A stretch of DNA of 64,000 bases from Octopus vulgaris (GCA_951406725.2 OX597814.1:2418001-2482000); one strand, 5' to 3'. Positions 30,811 to 45,967 are shown, counted from the stretch's first letter. A program made the numbers and translations. Notes: a model not told the origin generated them from the sequence alone.

Positions 30811-31449
30811 TGGTATAAATCCTGGGAAATGCTTGTGTGCGAATGTGAAGGTGGAGGGTACCGATCGAATGATTAAGGGATCCATCTTGCAATTATGGGG
30901 TCTTTGATCCGTTCTGTTGCATTGCATTTTGTCATTGTTCAGGGATAAGACCAGCCTTGTAAGTGGAAGTGGCTAAATGCTGACAGCGTGTGTTCCCATC
31001 CGTTCAACTGTACCCCTAATTAAGAAAATCCCCTCCGTCACAAATAGCGTGACGCTGAGTCTGCCTGAGAATCACATTTACGGTTTGAATGTCCGCGGAA
31101 TATTCAACCATATAAACGCTGAATCAATAGGCATTAAGTTTCATTAATCAGACATCAGGGATAACCGTCATAGATAGCGACGGAGATCCTTTGTTAAATG
31201 GAATGTGTGTATGGGGGTATTTGTGAGTAAGAGTGTGTGTGTACTCGTGCAGTTGTCTGTGGGTATGTATAGGCGCGGTTTAGCCGAATGCTAAAAAATT
31301 CGCTTCCCAACCACTTGGTGATGTGATCGATCCCACTGCATATCGTCTTGGTCAGATGTCACTTCCTACTATCTTCAGTCGACCGACAGTTGTGAGAGAG
31401 AATAGGTGGACAGTTAAGAAACCAGTCAGATGGGTTGCATTTGGAATGC

Positions 31450-31837
31450 TGTGGAGGCGCAATGGCCCAGTGGTTAAGGCAGCGGACTCGCGGTCGTAGG
31501 ATCGCGGATTCGATTTCCAGACCGGGCGTTGTGAGTGTTTATTGAGCGAAAACACCTAAAGCTCCACGAGGCTCTGGCAGGGGATGGTGGTGATCCCTGC
31601 TGTACTCTTTCACCACATCTTTCTCTCACTCTTACTTCCTGTTTCTGTTGTACCTGTATTTCAAAGGGCCGGCCTTGTCACTCTCTGTGTCACGCTGAAT
31701 ATCCCCGAGAACTACGTTAAGGGTACACGTGTCTGTGGAGTGCTCAGCCACTTACACGTTAATTTCACGAGCAGGCTGTTCCGTTGATTCGGATCAACCG
31801 GAACCCTCATCGTCGTAACCGACGGAGTGCTTCCATC
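31450..31837 (+). mobile_element. tRNA-derived SINE: family C head + family D 3' half
   Basis: A-box TGGCCCAGTGG; 12-bp TSD CATTTGGAATGC (31438-31449 / 31838-31849). Confidence 0.9.
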
Positions 31838-32083
31838 CATTTGGAATGCAAACAAAATACAATCTAGTCACACTCATTTTGTCACGATAATGCCTTCGAA
31901 ATACTCAGCGACTTACATTAATTCAAGGGCAGGCAATTTAACTGATCCAAAGAATTATTTCTCATAGTCGAACCACGGAGATCCACCACCTCACTTAAAA
32001 ATATGGAATCTTTGTGACTATGCGTAAATATGTCCGCGTGTGCATGAGATCCAATTGTCTATACACAAATGGATCTCTCTTAT

Positions 32084-32123
<40 letters not shown>

Positions 32124-32197
32124 ATACACATCTCCCATGAATATGCACACACATCTACATACATATATCTGTGTATATCAGTGTATACCTAGATGTG

Positions 32198-32242
<45 letters not shown>

Positions 32243-32879
32243 AATATATATGTGTATATATATGTATATATGTGTGTATGTGTGTGTACATGTCCGTATA
32301 CATATACAGATATATGTGTATATATACATATGTATACATATGTGTGTGTGTTTAAGACTTCTTATGTAACACTGAGATACCAGCATCACATATTACCAAA
32401 TGAATGATGTTACCCACCATCTTACATTCACAGTGTTCTGTTGATTTAAACTTGCATACAATTCTCGCGATAGGCATTGCTTCGTTTTTATTTCTAAGCA
32501 TTCGCTGCAATCATTTAATTACATCGGATTCACAAGCTTGTGCAGATGTATTTTTTTTCTTGTTCTTAATAAATTATATTCTCTGCTTGTTTGACATTAA
32601 TTCATAGTAGTGTACCCGTTTATTTATATTCAACAAATAAGTTGCGATATCAACCAACGTATTAGCGCATTGATGTTTGAATTGACTTCGGTTTGGTTTG
32701 GAATAAAGAAAGGATTTCGATAGAAGAAGAGACCAAAAAATCACTAAAGCCTTTTATCATTTTCAAAGACTCTCTCAATACAATTCTTGCTGCGTCTGTA
32801 ATTTTTCTTTTACTCAACAGAATATATATATACATACATACATGCATATATACATACATACATACATACATACATACAT

Positions 32880-32910
<31 letters not shown>

Positions 32911-33021
32911 AACACACACATATATATACATATATACATATACAGACACACATATATATACATATATACATATATGCATATACACACACACATATATATA
33001 TATATATACATACATATATAT

Positions 33022-33070
<49 letters not shown>

Positions 33071-33119
33071 CAGACACACATATATATACATATATACATA
33101 TACACACACACATATACAT

Positions 33120-33171
<52 letters not shown>

Positions 33172-33743
33172 ATATATATACATATGTATATACATATATA
33201 TATAAATGCATTTATATATAGACGTACATACACACACATACATATATATATACATATATATGAATATATATATGAATATATATATACATACATATATACA
33301 TATATATGCATATATATATATGTACACACATACATACATGTATGTATGCATATATATATATATATATATATTATACACACACACACATGTATGTATAAAT
33401 ATATGTTTTGTGTGTGTGTGTGTGTGCTTATGTTTGTGTGTGTGTGTGTAGTTTTCTAAGCGTTTAATTTGAATAAACACTCTCGCTTTTGTTCCTAATT
33501 AAACCTATTCAAATTAAATCATTTCTTTAAATTTTACTTCTGAGATTAATTAATTTTAAATATTTTTTATCGGCTGTTTTTTAAATTTTTTTTACAAAAC
33601 GCCGGAATAATGAAAGAACCTGTAGCATGGAATTTTAAAGCGAAATTCATTGAAATGCTTTTGATTTTAAGTTTTCCTCCACAAACTTGCTACCTTAATT
33701 CTGCATGTCCAAATTATCAGTCCGTACATATTGTTATATTATA

Positions 33744-34142
33744 TCTTTATATATAAAAGTGAAGTCGTGTGTCTGTCTCCTACGATTTAGATTCCTAACT
33801 ACTCCCACATTTTGCGATGCAGTTTAACCAAAACCGGGTATCTTATAGTCGTGATTCATATCGAGCCCTTCTGGGTATTAGCGCGCGTCTACGATGAGTC
33901 TACGATTTAAAAAAACATTTACCATCATTTTTTTCCATTTTAATGCATTTTTGTCGCTATTATATAAGGGAAGTAACTCTCTAAAAATGTCTACGATGAG
34001 TCAACGATTTAAAAAAAAATTTACCATAATTTTTTTTCCATTTTTAATGCATTTTTTTGCTATTTTTTGGCTATAACTCTCTAAAAATACTTATATAGTT
34101 ATTTCCCTTACAAACCCGAGCAACGCCGGGCGATACCGCTAG
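33744..34142 (+). mobile_element. Non-autonomous Helitron with an internal ~65-bp duplication
   Basis: A|TC start, 3' hairpin CCCGAGCAACGCCGGG, CTAG|T end. Confidence 0.85.
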
Positions 34143-34611
34143 TTTTTAATATTTTATTCATCTTCCTGTTTTAGCAGTTGGTTGCGGTCCTGCTGGAGCA
34201 TCTCATTCAAGATATTTTGGTAGTTATATTGTCTCCATTACTCTGTTTTGATTTGATTTCATCGATCACGAATATCTGTCTTGACATAAAGGGATGTAGA
34301 TGGAAGATAGCTGAATACAGAATGATGTCTACTATCGACGCATCGATGTTAATCGACGTTTCCATCGTCATGTGCATAGCATTCACTCGCAGATGTATAT
34401 ATAGCCTCGGGGAGGAAGAGAGGCTGTCTGCAAACTAAGAGAACCTTGCTTCAAGTTCTCAAAGACCAGGTCTTGGTGTTAATAGGTGTGACTGGTTCCC
34501 TTGTGAAGATAACGGACGTAACTCAGAATATTATGGAAACATGGTTCATCCAGATATTTACTGGAATCAGAAGGAATACTTTACTGAGGAACCCAAAACA
34601 TATTTGGTATA

Positions 34612-35000
34612 ATTTTTTCTACTCTAGGCACAAAGACCGAAAATGTTGGGAAGGGGGCCAGTCGATTAGATCGACCCCAGTACGCATCTAGTACTTAATT
34701 TATCGACTCCGAAAGGATGAGAGGCAAAGTCAACCTCAGCGTAATTTGAGCTCAGAACATTAAGATAGACGAAATACCTATTTCTTTACTACCCACAAGG
34801 GGCTAAACACAGAGGGGACAAACAAGGACAGACATACGGATTAAGTCGATTACATCGACCCCAGTGCGTAACTGGTACGTAATTTAACGACCCTGAAAGG
34901 ATGAAAGGCAAAGTCGACCTCGGCGGAATTTGAATTTTAACGGCAGACTAAATACGGCTACGCATTTCGCCCGGCGTGCGAACGTTTCTGCCAGTTAGCC
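34612..35000 (-). mobile_element. SINE family B composite (head-body-tail1-body-tail2)
   Basis: Junction AAAGAAATA|GGTATTTCGTC at 34778/34779. ATATTTGGT is repeated on both flanks (probable TSD). Confidence 0.87.
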
Positions 35001-35369
35001 TCAGATATTTGGTGTATTAAGTGAAGCAAATTTGCTACGTATAGACATACGCACGTACACACACAACACACATACACACACACAAATGTACATTCAAACA
35101 TTCGCTATTTCGTTAAGTTTCATACAGTTTTCATATTAAAACACATTGGACGATAAAGACAGCAATGCATTAGGCCTGACAGTGCTACATTGGATAATGT
35201 ATTCCTTGATACACTACTCCGGAAACAAGCTGGAATGGTCTGGTTTTGACTATCTTTTATCATAGGCCTCGTTTATAAACGCCAACTTGGATGAAGCAAC
35301 AACAATTTTGAAGAAATATTTAAACTGAAATTGTGATTGCATTCATCATACAAATACGCTGTATGATTC

Positions 35370-35650
35370 CCGAGTGCAGCTCAGAGTGTTTGGCCACGTT
35401 GTTTGATTTTTCGAGCTAGACTCTGCTTACTGTGTTCTTATCACTGAGAATCCGGCTGGATTGATGGTTCGTGTTGGTCGGCCACACGCCACTTGGTCAC
35501 GGCAGATGAGGTACCTCACGGAGATGGGGTTTGATTGGGACTGGGACTCTGATTGACAGTTCACCTGAGAGGACCCAGGAATATACCGACATGTGGTGAA
35601 TGCAGCAACTCGCTGCCGCGACAATGGCTCCCACACCTCACCTGACTTGT
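35370..35650 (+). mobile_element. RTE-like LINE 3' fragment
   Basis: QLRVFGHVV...VGRPHATW...YRHVVNAAT, with stops. Confidence 0.6.
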
Positions 35651-35809
35651 GATTGCATTCATACATCTACAGCACAAAGTGAGGGCTCTCATTTCATACG
35701 GCATCCCCATTTGCCTATATCATCCTATTATCAAAAATGTTCATGCTTTATTTCGCTTGCTGCCTCTGGGGGGAAGGAACGGAACTGAAATGTTTTGCTG
35801 GCTCTCGAA

Positions 35810-36640
35810 GACTTATTGATGCTGTCAATTTTGCTCTTAAACTTTTCTTAGTTACCATCAGTTTTAAAAACAGGAGGCAGCAGGGAATTCTAGAAGGTCA
35901 ACGTTCTGAGAAGAATGGAGTCTGTATAGGAATCTGTGAAGCGGCTGGGTGTTTGAGAGCAACAAGGATGATAAGAGAAGGAGAGAAGTGGATTATGATT
36001 AAATGGTGGTGGCATACACCCAGCCAGCAGCAAGGACTAGCGACTATTGTAGAAGTGGGAGAAAACGTAAAAAGTGATTGTTCATGCCCGTGGCTGAGAA
36101 TCTGAAGCACATCTGTGACTCTATGCTTGTTAGTCGGATGGCTTTTCTCTGGATATGATCTGAGGGGTCTCTATGTGCTGTAGCTGGACCGTTACCATTG
36201 TAGGCCTTACTTAAACTTTGTAAAGTATCAGTAATTGTTGGGGTATAACGTATCTTGTGGTCCTTCCCTTTAGGATCAATCTTTGGGATACAGTCCAGTT
36301 CCGGTAAAGATGGGGTTTCGCTTGCATAGATACTATGCAACTGTAAAACTCAACAACTGAGAGCTCTGGATGCTGCATATGATGCGATGATGGGCTTTTG
36401 TTACAGTATTGCTACTGTATAACAAGATTGGTATAACCATTTTGAATAATGCAACCGGTTAGAAATAAGCATTTGTAGACAAAGGACCATGTCAGCGAGG
36501 GAACCTTTATACTGTTGCTGGGTCTGCGAGGAATCCTGGCACAATTTCTCGCAAACAACACTGTGATATCAAAATAAAGAAGTCGAAGTTAGATGTTGTA
36601 GTTCTCTAAACGCTGTGTCTGTAAACAACTTATGGGATTG
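35810..36640 (-). mobile_element. Degenerate CR1/L2-like LINE fragment
   Basis: DHIQRKAIRL..LQILSH.. resembles the post-RT motif of the CR1 group. Boundaries uncertain. Confidence 0.5.
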
Positions 36641-37360
36641 CCATGGCTGTACTGTCTCAGGCCATAGACCCACCAGACTGGAGCTCAACAAAAAAAGAAG
36701 GACAGGTGTTTCACATACCAATGCCTCTGTCGTTCTCACAAAAGAACTTCTGCATGGTCCTTTGACGTGCTAAACAGAGCAATGAAATTTCACTCAAATC
36801 GTATTTTTCTCTCTTAAAAAGGAAAAACGAAAAGAGAAACAGAAAAGTAAGCTCGGGATTGCTAATGCAGTCGAAGACTATGTCATTGGATTGACAGGTC
36901 ACGGTTGGAAAGTCTTTCACGAAAATAGCTGCTAAATCAAGTTTATCACGGAGCTAAACAACAACAACAACAACAACAACATACACCCTCTTTCTCCCTC
37001 GTTACAGCTGAGATCTTTGCATTGGCTGCGGCGGCGGCTGACAAATGATTCCAGTTGCCATTAACCATTTTAAAGTTTTGTTCGGACAAAATGGTGAGAA
37101 ACATTATCCAGTGTTTCCTATCCGAAATCTCGACATCATCGTCTCACCATTTTGTAAACCGTTTCCGCATTCACCAAATTCCACCCCCGCCCTACTTCCT
37201 TTCATCTTTTACCCACCCACCTTCCCTCCGCCATCTTCTTTATCAATCTCCTTTAATCATTTTTGCATATTTCTGTTTTAAATATTTGTTTTGTATTTTT
37301 TTTGCGCTGTTATTTTATATTCTTTTCTTTTCTTTCGATTTATCGAAATCTCTCTCTCTT

Positions 37361-37765
37361 TTACTCTTTTACTTGTTTCAGTCATTTGACTGCGGCTATG
37401 CTGGAGCACCGCCTTTAATCGAGCAAATCGACCCCGGGACTTATTCTTTGTAAGCCCAGTACTTATTCTATCGGTCTCTTTTGCCGAACCGCTAAGTGAC
37501 GGGGACGTAAACACACCAGCAACGGTTGTCAAGCAATGCTAGGGGTACAAACACAAACACAAACATACACGCACCCAAACATATATATATATATACATAT
37601 ATACGACGGGCTTCTTTCAGTTTCCGTCTAACAAATCCACTCACAAGGCTTTGGTCGGCCTGAGGCTAAAGTGGAAGACACTTGCCCAAGGTGCCATGCA
37701 GTGGGACTGAACCCGGAATCATGTGGTTGGTAACCAAGCTTCTTACCACACAGCCACTCCTGCGC
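37361..37765 (-). mobile_element. SINE family A, full length
   Basis: Homologous to the other family A copies. Confidence 0.9.
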
Positions 37766-37844
37766 ATTCAAATATTCACATTTTCTATCTTTTGTCTTAC
37801 TTTTACCGTATTTTAGCCTTTTCTTGACTAACAACAAACAACTG

Positions 37845-38128
37845 GCGCTCCGTCGGTTACGACGGGGAATGTACCCGTCGCTCCGGTCAACTGAATAGCC
37901 TGCTTCTGAAATTAACGTGCAAGTGGCTGAACACTCCACAGACGCACGTACCCTGTATCGAATTCTCAAGGTGATTCCGCGTGACACAGAATGTGACAGG
38001 GCTGACCCATTGAATTACTGGTACAACTCATTTTTTGCCAGTCAAGTAGTAAAATGAAGTGTCTTGCTCAAGGACCCAACTGTCGTTGGAAGAGCCGAAT
38101 GCCCTAATCACTATGCTACGGGCCTTCA
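37845..38128 (-). mobile_element. SINE family D, diverged
   Basis: Homologous to 21290-21617. Confidence 0.75.
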
Positions 38129-38187
38129 CAGACTACCAGCAATAAAACCCAGCAACCTACACCAACACGATCACTAACAACAATACC

Positions 38188-38415
38188 TATTTCTTTATTA
38201 CCCACAAGGGACTAAACATAGAGGAGACAAACATGGACAGACATAGGTATTAAGTCGATTATATCGACCCCAGTGCTTAACTGGTACTTAATTTATCGAC
38301 CCCCAAAGAATGAAAGGCAAAGTCGACCTCGGCGGAATTTCAACTCACAACGTAACGGCAGCCGAAATACCGCTAAGCATTTCGCCCGACGTGCTAACGA
38401 TTCTGCTAGCTCGCC
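38188..38415 (-). mobile_element. SINE family B monomer with tail1
   Basis: 13-bp TSD TAACAACAATACC (38175-38187 / 38416-38428), which is GGTATTGTTGTTA on the element strand. Confidence 0.9.
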
Positions 38416-38801
38416 TAACAACAATACCACAACACCATTTCAGCATCACGTGCACGAAAAGTCCATCCTTGCCAATGCCGACTTAACCGATACTACTGTC
38501 ACTTTATTTCATGTTGCTCCAGTTCACTCGGCTGGCAAAAGTTGAGTTGTATCTGTATTTCAAAGGGGCCAGCTTTGTCACATTCTGTGTCACGCTGAAC
38601 CTTCCTGAGAACTAGGAACAGGGTACGCGTGTCTGTGGTGTGCTCAGCCCCACTGCCATCATCACCATCATCACCAAAACCATCTTCTCAATTGCTGCAA
38701 CAACGACATCACTCCCTCAGAAACCCACCATCAACGGACAACTAAAAGCAGAGACAATAATTAGAAGTTTGCATCAGAGAGAAGTTTTCAAACAAACTGA
38801 C

Positions 38802-39120
38802 ACTCCTTCGGTTACGACGACGAGGGTCCCAGCTGATAGGATCAATGGAACAGCCTACATAAGAAACCAAGATGCAAGTGGCGGAGTACTCCACAGACAC
38901 GCGTAACCTTAACGTAGTTCTCGGGGAGATTTAGCTTGACACAGTGTGTGACGGGACTAGAACTTTGGAATTCTGGTACAGCTCATTTTTTTCTATCTGA
39001 GTCGACTAGAGCAGCATGAAATAAAGTGTCTTGCCCAAAGATACAAAGTCTCACCGGGAATCGAACTCACAACCTTTCGATCGCGATCCGAATACCCTAA
39101 CCACTAAGCTACGCGCCTTC
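38802..39120 (-). mobile_element. SINE family D
   Basis: Homologous to 21290-21617, including the tRNA-like head. Confidence 0.82.
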
Positions 39121-40290
39121 TATAGGTCCCCAAACTTCAAAAATCACTAAAGTGTACGGGTACTTTATCTCTTCCTAATCCTAAAGGATTATAGATTTAC
39201 TGACTCCAAGCCTACAGTTCTTGATTCTAATCTCTCTGGAAGTCATTTAACGGAGATAGGAAAGAGCCTTTAAAGAACAACTGAATCAATTTTGATAACT
39301 GCAAAATGACTTGGTAGGGTAGCGATGCAGATGTGTACTTCCGGTTGTACGGTTTCCGGTTGTGTGGTTGTACGGTGAAAGTGATATTCTCTACGCAGCT
39401 GTAACTAACTTAGACTTTGCGTGCATTAAAGATCTTACAATATTCGAGTGGTAGTGGGAACGGGTACATTACAAAGGATGTAAAATTCTTATCAATGTTC
39501 GCGGAGTCACCTAATTTAAGGGGCCGGGTTGTTTAAACCAGTTTATTTTATGTGCTTAAGGGAGCGTTGATTATCACTGAAATTGTCCCTAGCTACTGCG
39601 CTTAAAATTAGTTCCTACTCGCATTGGCTGAATGTTTCTATTTCTACCAAAGACTAATAACAGATTATTAATTACAGATCGGTGATCGTAATATGGAAAA
39701 CAATAATCGTAATTAGACGCTTCCCGATATCTAGAACTTTCAGGAGAAAGGGCTTTAATGTAGGGAATTAGAAAATCACAGTGCTGAACCGGATGTATCA
39801 ACAGGCTGCTATATTTCAAACGACATGAACACACTTATTGATGACGTCACTGCAATTTCAAAGATCCACTTCTTTTCTATTGGAAGTTAATGGCGCCCAC
39901 ATACATTTATTGGATAATTACCAAATAAAGTTTGGCGATGTTGATTAAAGCTTGCCTTGTCGTGTTAAGTAAGGAGGCCACATCCAGAGGAATTCAATCT
40001 GGTGTTTTATATAGTGTATGGGGTCTCGTGCATTTACCTCAGCGTTTATATGTTGATGGGTTGTCTTTTTGCATGTTTGAAAAGAAAAAATGTAATTCAT
40101 CTTTAACACTTTAACGCGGGTGAATTCGAAAGGTTTATGAAGCGGTTTTGAATCTATATCCTTGATTATTATTTGCAATTAATCTGGCTCTCCTTCACTC
40201 GTAGAAGATTTTCCAACGCATCAACTTGATTATGCTTTATATATTAGCCATAATACACAGGATATATATATATACACACACACAACTTAA

Positions 40291-40456
40291 AAACAAGGTC
40301 AAAAGAAAAAAATTCTAATGCCAAATATGCCGAAAACAGACAAATTGTCAATAGACATATAATTTATCACTATAAACATGCGTCTCGAAGTAAGCCGACA
40401 GAAATTTGTCTATTTTCGGCATATTTGGCATTAGAATTTTTCTTTTGCCTTTGTTT
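40291..40456. repeat. Inverted repeat (fold-back), probably PLE-derived
   Basis: Arms 40291-40346 / 40403-40456. The loop has minus-strand GAGAC-GCAT-GTT, possibly a decayed HHR 3' half. Confidence 0.7.
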
Positions 40457-40538
40457 ATAAATTTGACTTTTAAAGATATTTTTTAATATGCTGGACATTG
40501 ATAAAAAATTTTTGGAAAAATTTTATCCTATTTTAGAC

Positions 40539-40598
<60 letters not shown>

Positions 40599-41281
40599 CA
40601 AAACATCAAGACAGAAGATGCAAAAAAAAGATAAGAAAAAAGCAAGGACGGGTCATTCGGAGTTTTCTTTCGTCAGTCGAGTTCCAGATCATTTTTGCAG
40701 TTTCGGTTGGTTATACTCGAGACTGCTCCAATCTGGCCAGCCCCAAGGAAAAATCTAAGCTAAGAGAACTAGATTTCTTGGAAAAAAGCAGCGAATGTAT
40801 GCGAAAACAAGGACGGAAAAATATGGAGAAGTGGTCCACAAATACAAATGCAAACAACAGGACATTAACAACAGGTGTCTTTCGACTAAGGACGAATTAA
40901 ATTAAGCTGGTGTGTGTAGAAGTGAAGCCTTACGGCAGGGACATAAGAGACGACAGGCATGGGGAGGAATATAGATGTTGCACGGATAGTAGTCGAACCA
41001 ACAAAGAAAGGTCAGGCTTGGATGAACACCAGTCACGTGGGGAGAGAAGAGGGGTAGAGGCAGAGGGACAGAAGAATTAGGGAGGGTCGAGAAAAAGGGA
41101 CAGACTAAAGTGAAAGAGGAAGGAAGGTGATAATGAAGGAAAAGCTTGGAAATGTGAGAGAGGGAGAGCGAAAAGAAGGAGAGTGGAAAGAACGAAGTAA
41201 GTGTGAAGGGGCTGAAAGAAAGAATGAAAGAATGAAAGAATAAGAAAGTCGTACAAAATTTATATATATATATATACATAA

Positions 41282-41371
<90 letters not shown>

Positions 41372-41427
41372 ATGTACTTATATATGAGTGTGTGCCTGTG
41401 TGTGTGAGTGTGTGCGTGCGTATGTGT

Positions 41428-41480
<53 letters not shown>

Positions 41481-41577
41481 GAGATGTGCATATACATTTA
41501 CAAACATATGTTTATATTTATGTAAATATCACAAGCATCCATCAGTCGATTTATACATACACAGATAGGTATATGTA

Positions 41578-41651
<74 letters not shown>

Positions 41652-41724
41652 TATATATATGTATATGTATATATATCCATTCATCCATCCATTTATATAT
41701 ATTATATGTGTATATATATACATG

Positions 41725-41775
<51 letters not shown>

Positions 41776-42795
41776 GTATATATATATATATGTGTGTGTA
41801 TATATATATATATATATACTGTTATTTTACCTGGTAGTATATTTCCTATATTTTTTTGACTTAATTTATAATTCGTTTCCTAAATTTTGCGATGGTGTCC
41901 TTACGATTGTATGAGGCGGAGAGGAGGAGTGGTTGAGGTGGTGATTCTCGCATCAACTTAAAATGAACACACACCAAAATCTAAACACAAACAACACAAT
42001 AAATTTAGAAGAAATAAATTTGAAGAATAAAAAAAAAAGACACAGAAGAATTTAGAATGGAGCAGACATTTACATTTCTCATGACAGGTTATTATGTAAA
42101 TGTGAAAAGTTGATACAAAAAAATAAATAAATAAATAAGTAAATAAATTTAAATAAATAGAAGCATCGAAAATAATAGCTGGAAAAACAAAAAAAGAACA
42201 TGGGAATTGATGATAAAAACACCTACATAAACTACTAAAACACACGACAAAACAAAATATACATAAATCTAAAGTTTTTAAAAATTTTTGTTGTATAAAA
42301 ACCAAAATTTTAAAACTCAACCAAGAAGCAACACAAAGCGGAAAAAGGAAGCTAATTTGCATGATGTAACCGCCATGTTGATCACGTGGGAGAAGCAAGA
42401 AGTTTGGTAGAGTTCGCCGGAGGTGCTAAATTCTTTTCAATACAAATTAGCACCGCATCGTGTTTTGTTTTTGTTATTTTTATTTTACGTTTGTTTTTCA
42501 GCTTGTATTTTGCAATAGTCTTTCAGGAATATCTTATCTCCAACATATGCACCCGTGCATTTGTATGTGCAGCCAACTGTGTATGCATACCTTTTTGCAT
42601 ATCACATCGTGTTGTAATCTGTGGGTGATGGAGGGGGGCGACGAAACCTGTCTATGAGAATATGCAATATACATATCACATGAGTGTGTGAATATGTGAG
42701 TGTAAATATATATACATACACACATATAAGTGTATGTGAGAGTATGCGCATTTATATATATCGGTTATATACATACGTATGAGAATTTACATATC

Positions 42796-42914
<119 letters not shown>

Positions 42915-43291
42915 GTGTGTATATATATATAATATCAACTACACACACATATATATGTATACATGATATCAACTACATATATACATGTATGTATGAATAT
43001 ATTTATGTTTATATACCGTTTACACAGGGGTTTATATACACACCATAAACAGCCAAATACGCACATGTATTTACACCGGCACACGTGAGCTCACATCTAT
43101 TTATTTATACAGACACACACACACACACACACACACATATATGTATATTTGAGTGATATACACTTATATGTACATATATATATATGTGTGTGTGTGTATA
43201 TTTGTATATGCATGTGTCTTTGTATTAGCCTATCTTTGTCTAATACAATGTCAATTAATAGCAATAGCTACAAAATGCATGTATACACATG

Positions 43292-43345
<54 letters not shown>

Positions 43346-43713
43346 AATATATATATGTATGTGTGTGCATGCATATATATTTGTATACGTATAAAAATTT
43401 ATGTACATACATATAAATATATATATATACATATATATACATGTATATATATGTATATATAATACGTGTGAATATGTATAATTATATGTGTGTACACGCA
43501 CACACACATATACACATGCATATGTATGCGTGCATATGCTTGCTTGCGTATATATGTGTATGTATATCATTTTACTATATAAATATGTCCGTGTCTCTGC
43601 TTGTTGATGTGTTTGTGTGCGTGAAATTTTAAACTTGTATAACTTTGATTCGGTATGTGTTTATATAAATTTGAATTATTACATACACAGGAACAAATAG
43701 ACCAGCTTGTGTC

Positions 43714-43797
<84 letters not shown>

Positions 43798-43959
43798 TGT
43801 GTATTCGTGTCAGTGTATGCGTGTATATGAAGTGATCTAGGTGTAAATTCTGAAATTCACATACAGGTGTACAACATGACAGTTCTACATACACATACCG
43901 AAATATATAAAGGAACATACATTCAGTCTCACGAACTCTTACGCGCGCTCGTGCACATA

Positions 43960-44002
<43 letters not shown>

Positions 44003-44403
44003 TTACATGCATTTTGATAAATAGGGAAAGTAAAAAATAATTACGATTACATATCTGCTAAAACATTATACTCACGCGCACACACATACACACACACACA
44101 CATACACACATACATTCATACATACATACATACATACATACAAACATATATAATGAACACACACGGAGAAACATACACACCTTTACTTACGTACATGTAC
44201 ATTGATACCTGTTATTTTCTCACCTGTCTGTCTGTTTGTCTATCGACCTATCTATACATCTCTACGTCTATTTATTTGACCATCCTCCCCCGCACTCTCT
44301 CTGTCTCTGTCTCCCTCTGTTTTTCTCTCTCTCTCCATCTTTATCTCTCTCTTCATATATATATATATATATATACATACATACATACATACATATATAT
44401 ACA

Positions 44404-44439
<36 letters not shown>

Positions 44440-45269
44440 TATATATGATTATATGTGTATATATATATGTATGTGTTTATATCTCTGTGTGTATGTGTCT
44501 GTGTGTACCTATGTACAATCGCACTATAGGCATACAGGGGACATTGAAGAGTGAAAAGAAAGAAATGACGATTTTGGTGAAGATGTGTATGAAGAACTGT
44601 TTCCAATTCTAATGTGGCGAACGTGCGATCGCTTCCTGGCCAAGGCATAGTCGTTGCTGTTAAAGCTGACACAAAATCTTGTTCTCGTTTAACCCCCATT
44701 TTAGCTGGATCGAGTCTACCATCGATCAAAAGTGCGCCGAATTTCATAGTCTGTTTGTATTTAAAGCAATATCGACAAAGTTAACCTTCTGATCATTATA
44801 ACAAGATTGTAAAATGAGGGACGTTGGGCTGCTATTTTTGGTGGTAGTTGAGCACAGATAATTGTTGCATAATTCATCCAACGGTAGGAGTTGAAATTTC
44901 GCTGTACTTGACTTAGCTTTTCATCCTTATTTCATGGCAAAATGGTGCCCCAGAATGGCCAGGAGCAAATGACCGGAAAAATAAGGGAGCTAAACGTACA
45001 TTTCAAAACTTATTTTACGCATACATAAACGCCTGTTCAAACGTATACATGCATCTCTTGATTGTTTCAGTCATTAGACTGCGGCCATGCTGGGGCACGT
45101 CTTTGAAGAATATTTAGTCGAATGAATCGATCCCGGGACTTATTTTCAAAAGCCTGGTACTTATTCTACCGTTCTCTTTTGCCAAACCAGCATCAGTTGC
45201 CAAGCGGTGATGAGGAACAAACACATATACACACACACCCACACTTACACACACACACAATCGCATACC

Positions 45270-45535
45270 ATATTGTCCCCTGGGCATGCTATACCTATGA
45301 TCCAGCATAGTTTGTTTTCTTTCTCAATTAAGACTATATCCAGTTTCCTATTCTCTATCTCATGGTCGCACTGAATCATAAAATCCCATAGGATCTTTGC
45401 ATTTCTATTTTCAACGATGCCTTCAGGTTTATGGTCGTACCAATATTTTTCTCTGTCAAGTCCATACTTGTTGCAAAGTGTCTAATGGACAAGCATGGCT
45501 ATATTGTCGTGGCGTCTCTGATATTCCTTCTGGGT
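45270..45535 (-). mobile_element. R4/Dong-like RLE fragment
   Basis: EYQRRHDNIA..WYDHKPEGIVENRNAKILWDFMIQCD..LDIVLIEK..IACPGD. Confidence 0.82.
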
Positions 45536-45621
45536 TCGAATCCTATGGCTATATGTTGGCAAATTCTTCCGCTTTATAAGCGTAATTTACCCATTATTTC
45601 TGCTGCTCTAATGGCATACGT

Positions 45622-45693
45622 TTGTATGTATGTATGTATGTATGTATGTATGTAGGTAGGTATGTATGTATGTAGGTATGTATGTAAGTATGC

Positions 45694-45726
<33 letters not shown>

Positions 45727-45936
45727 TGTATGTATGTATGTATGTATGTAGGTAGGTATGTATGTATGTAGGTATGTATGTAAGTATGTATGTATGTTTT
45801 TATGTATGCATGTATGTTTTTATGTTTGTATGTAAGTATGTATGTATGTATGTATGTATGTATTTATGTATGTATGTATGTATGTATGTATGTGTGTATG
45901 TATGTATGTATGTATGTATGTATGTATGCATGTATG

Positions 45937-45967
<31 letters not shown>

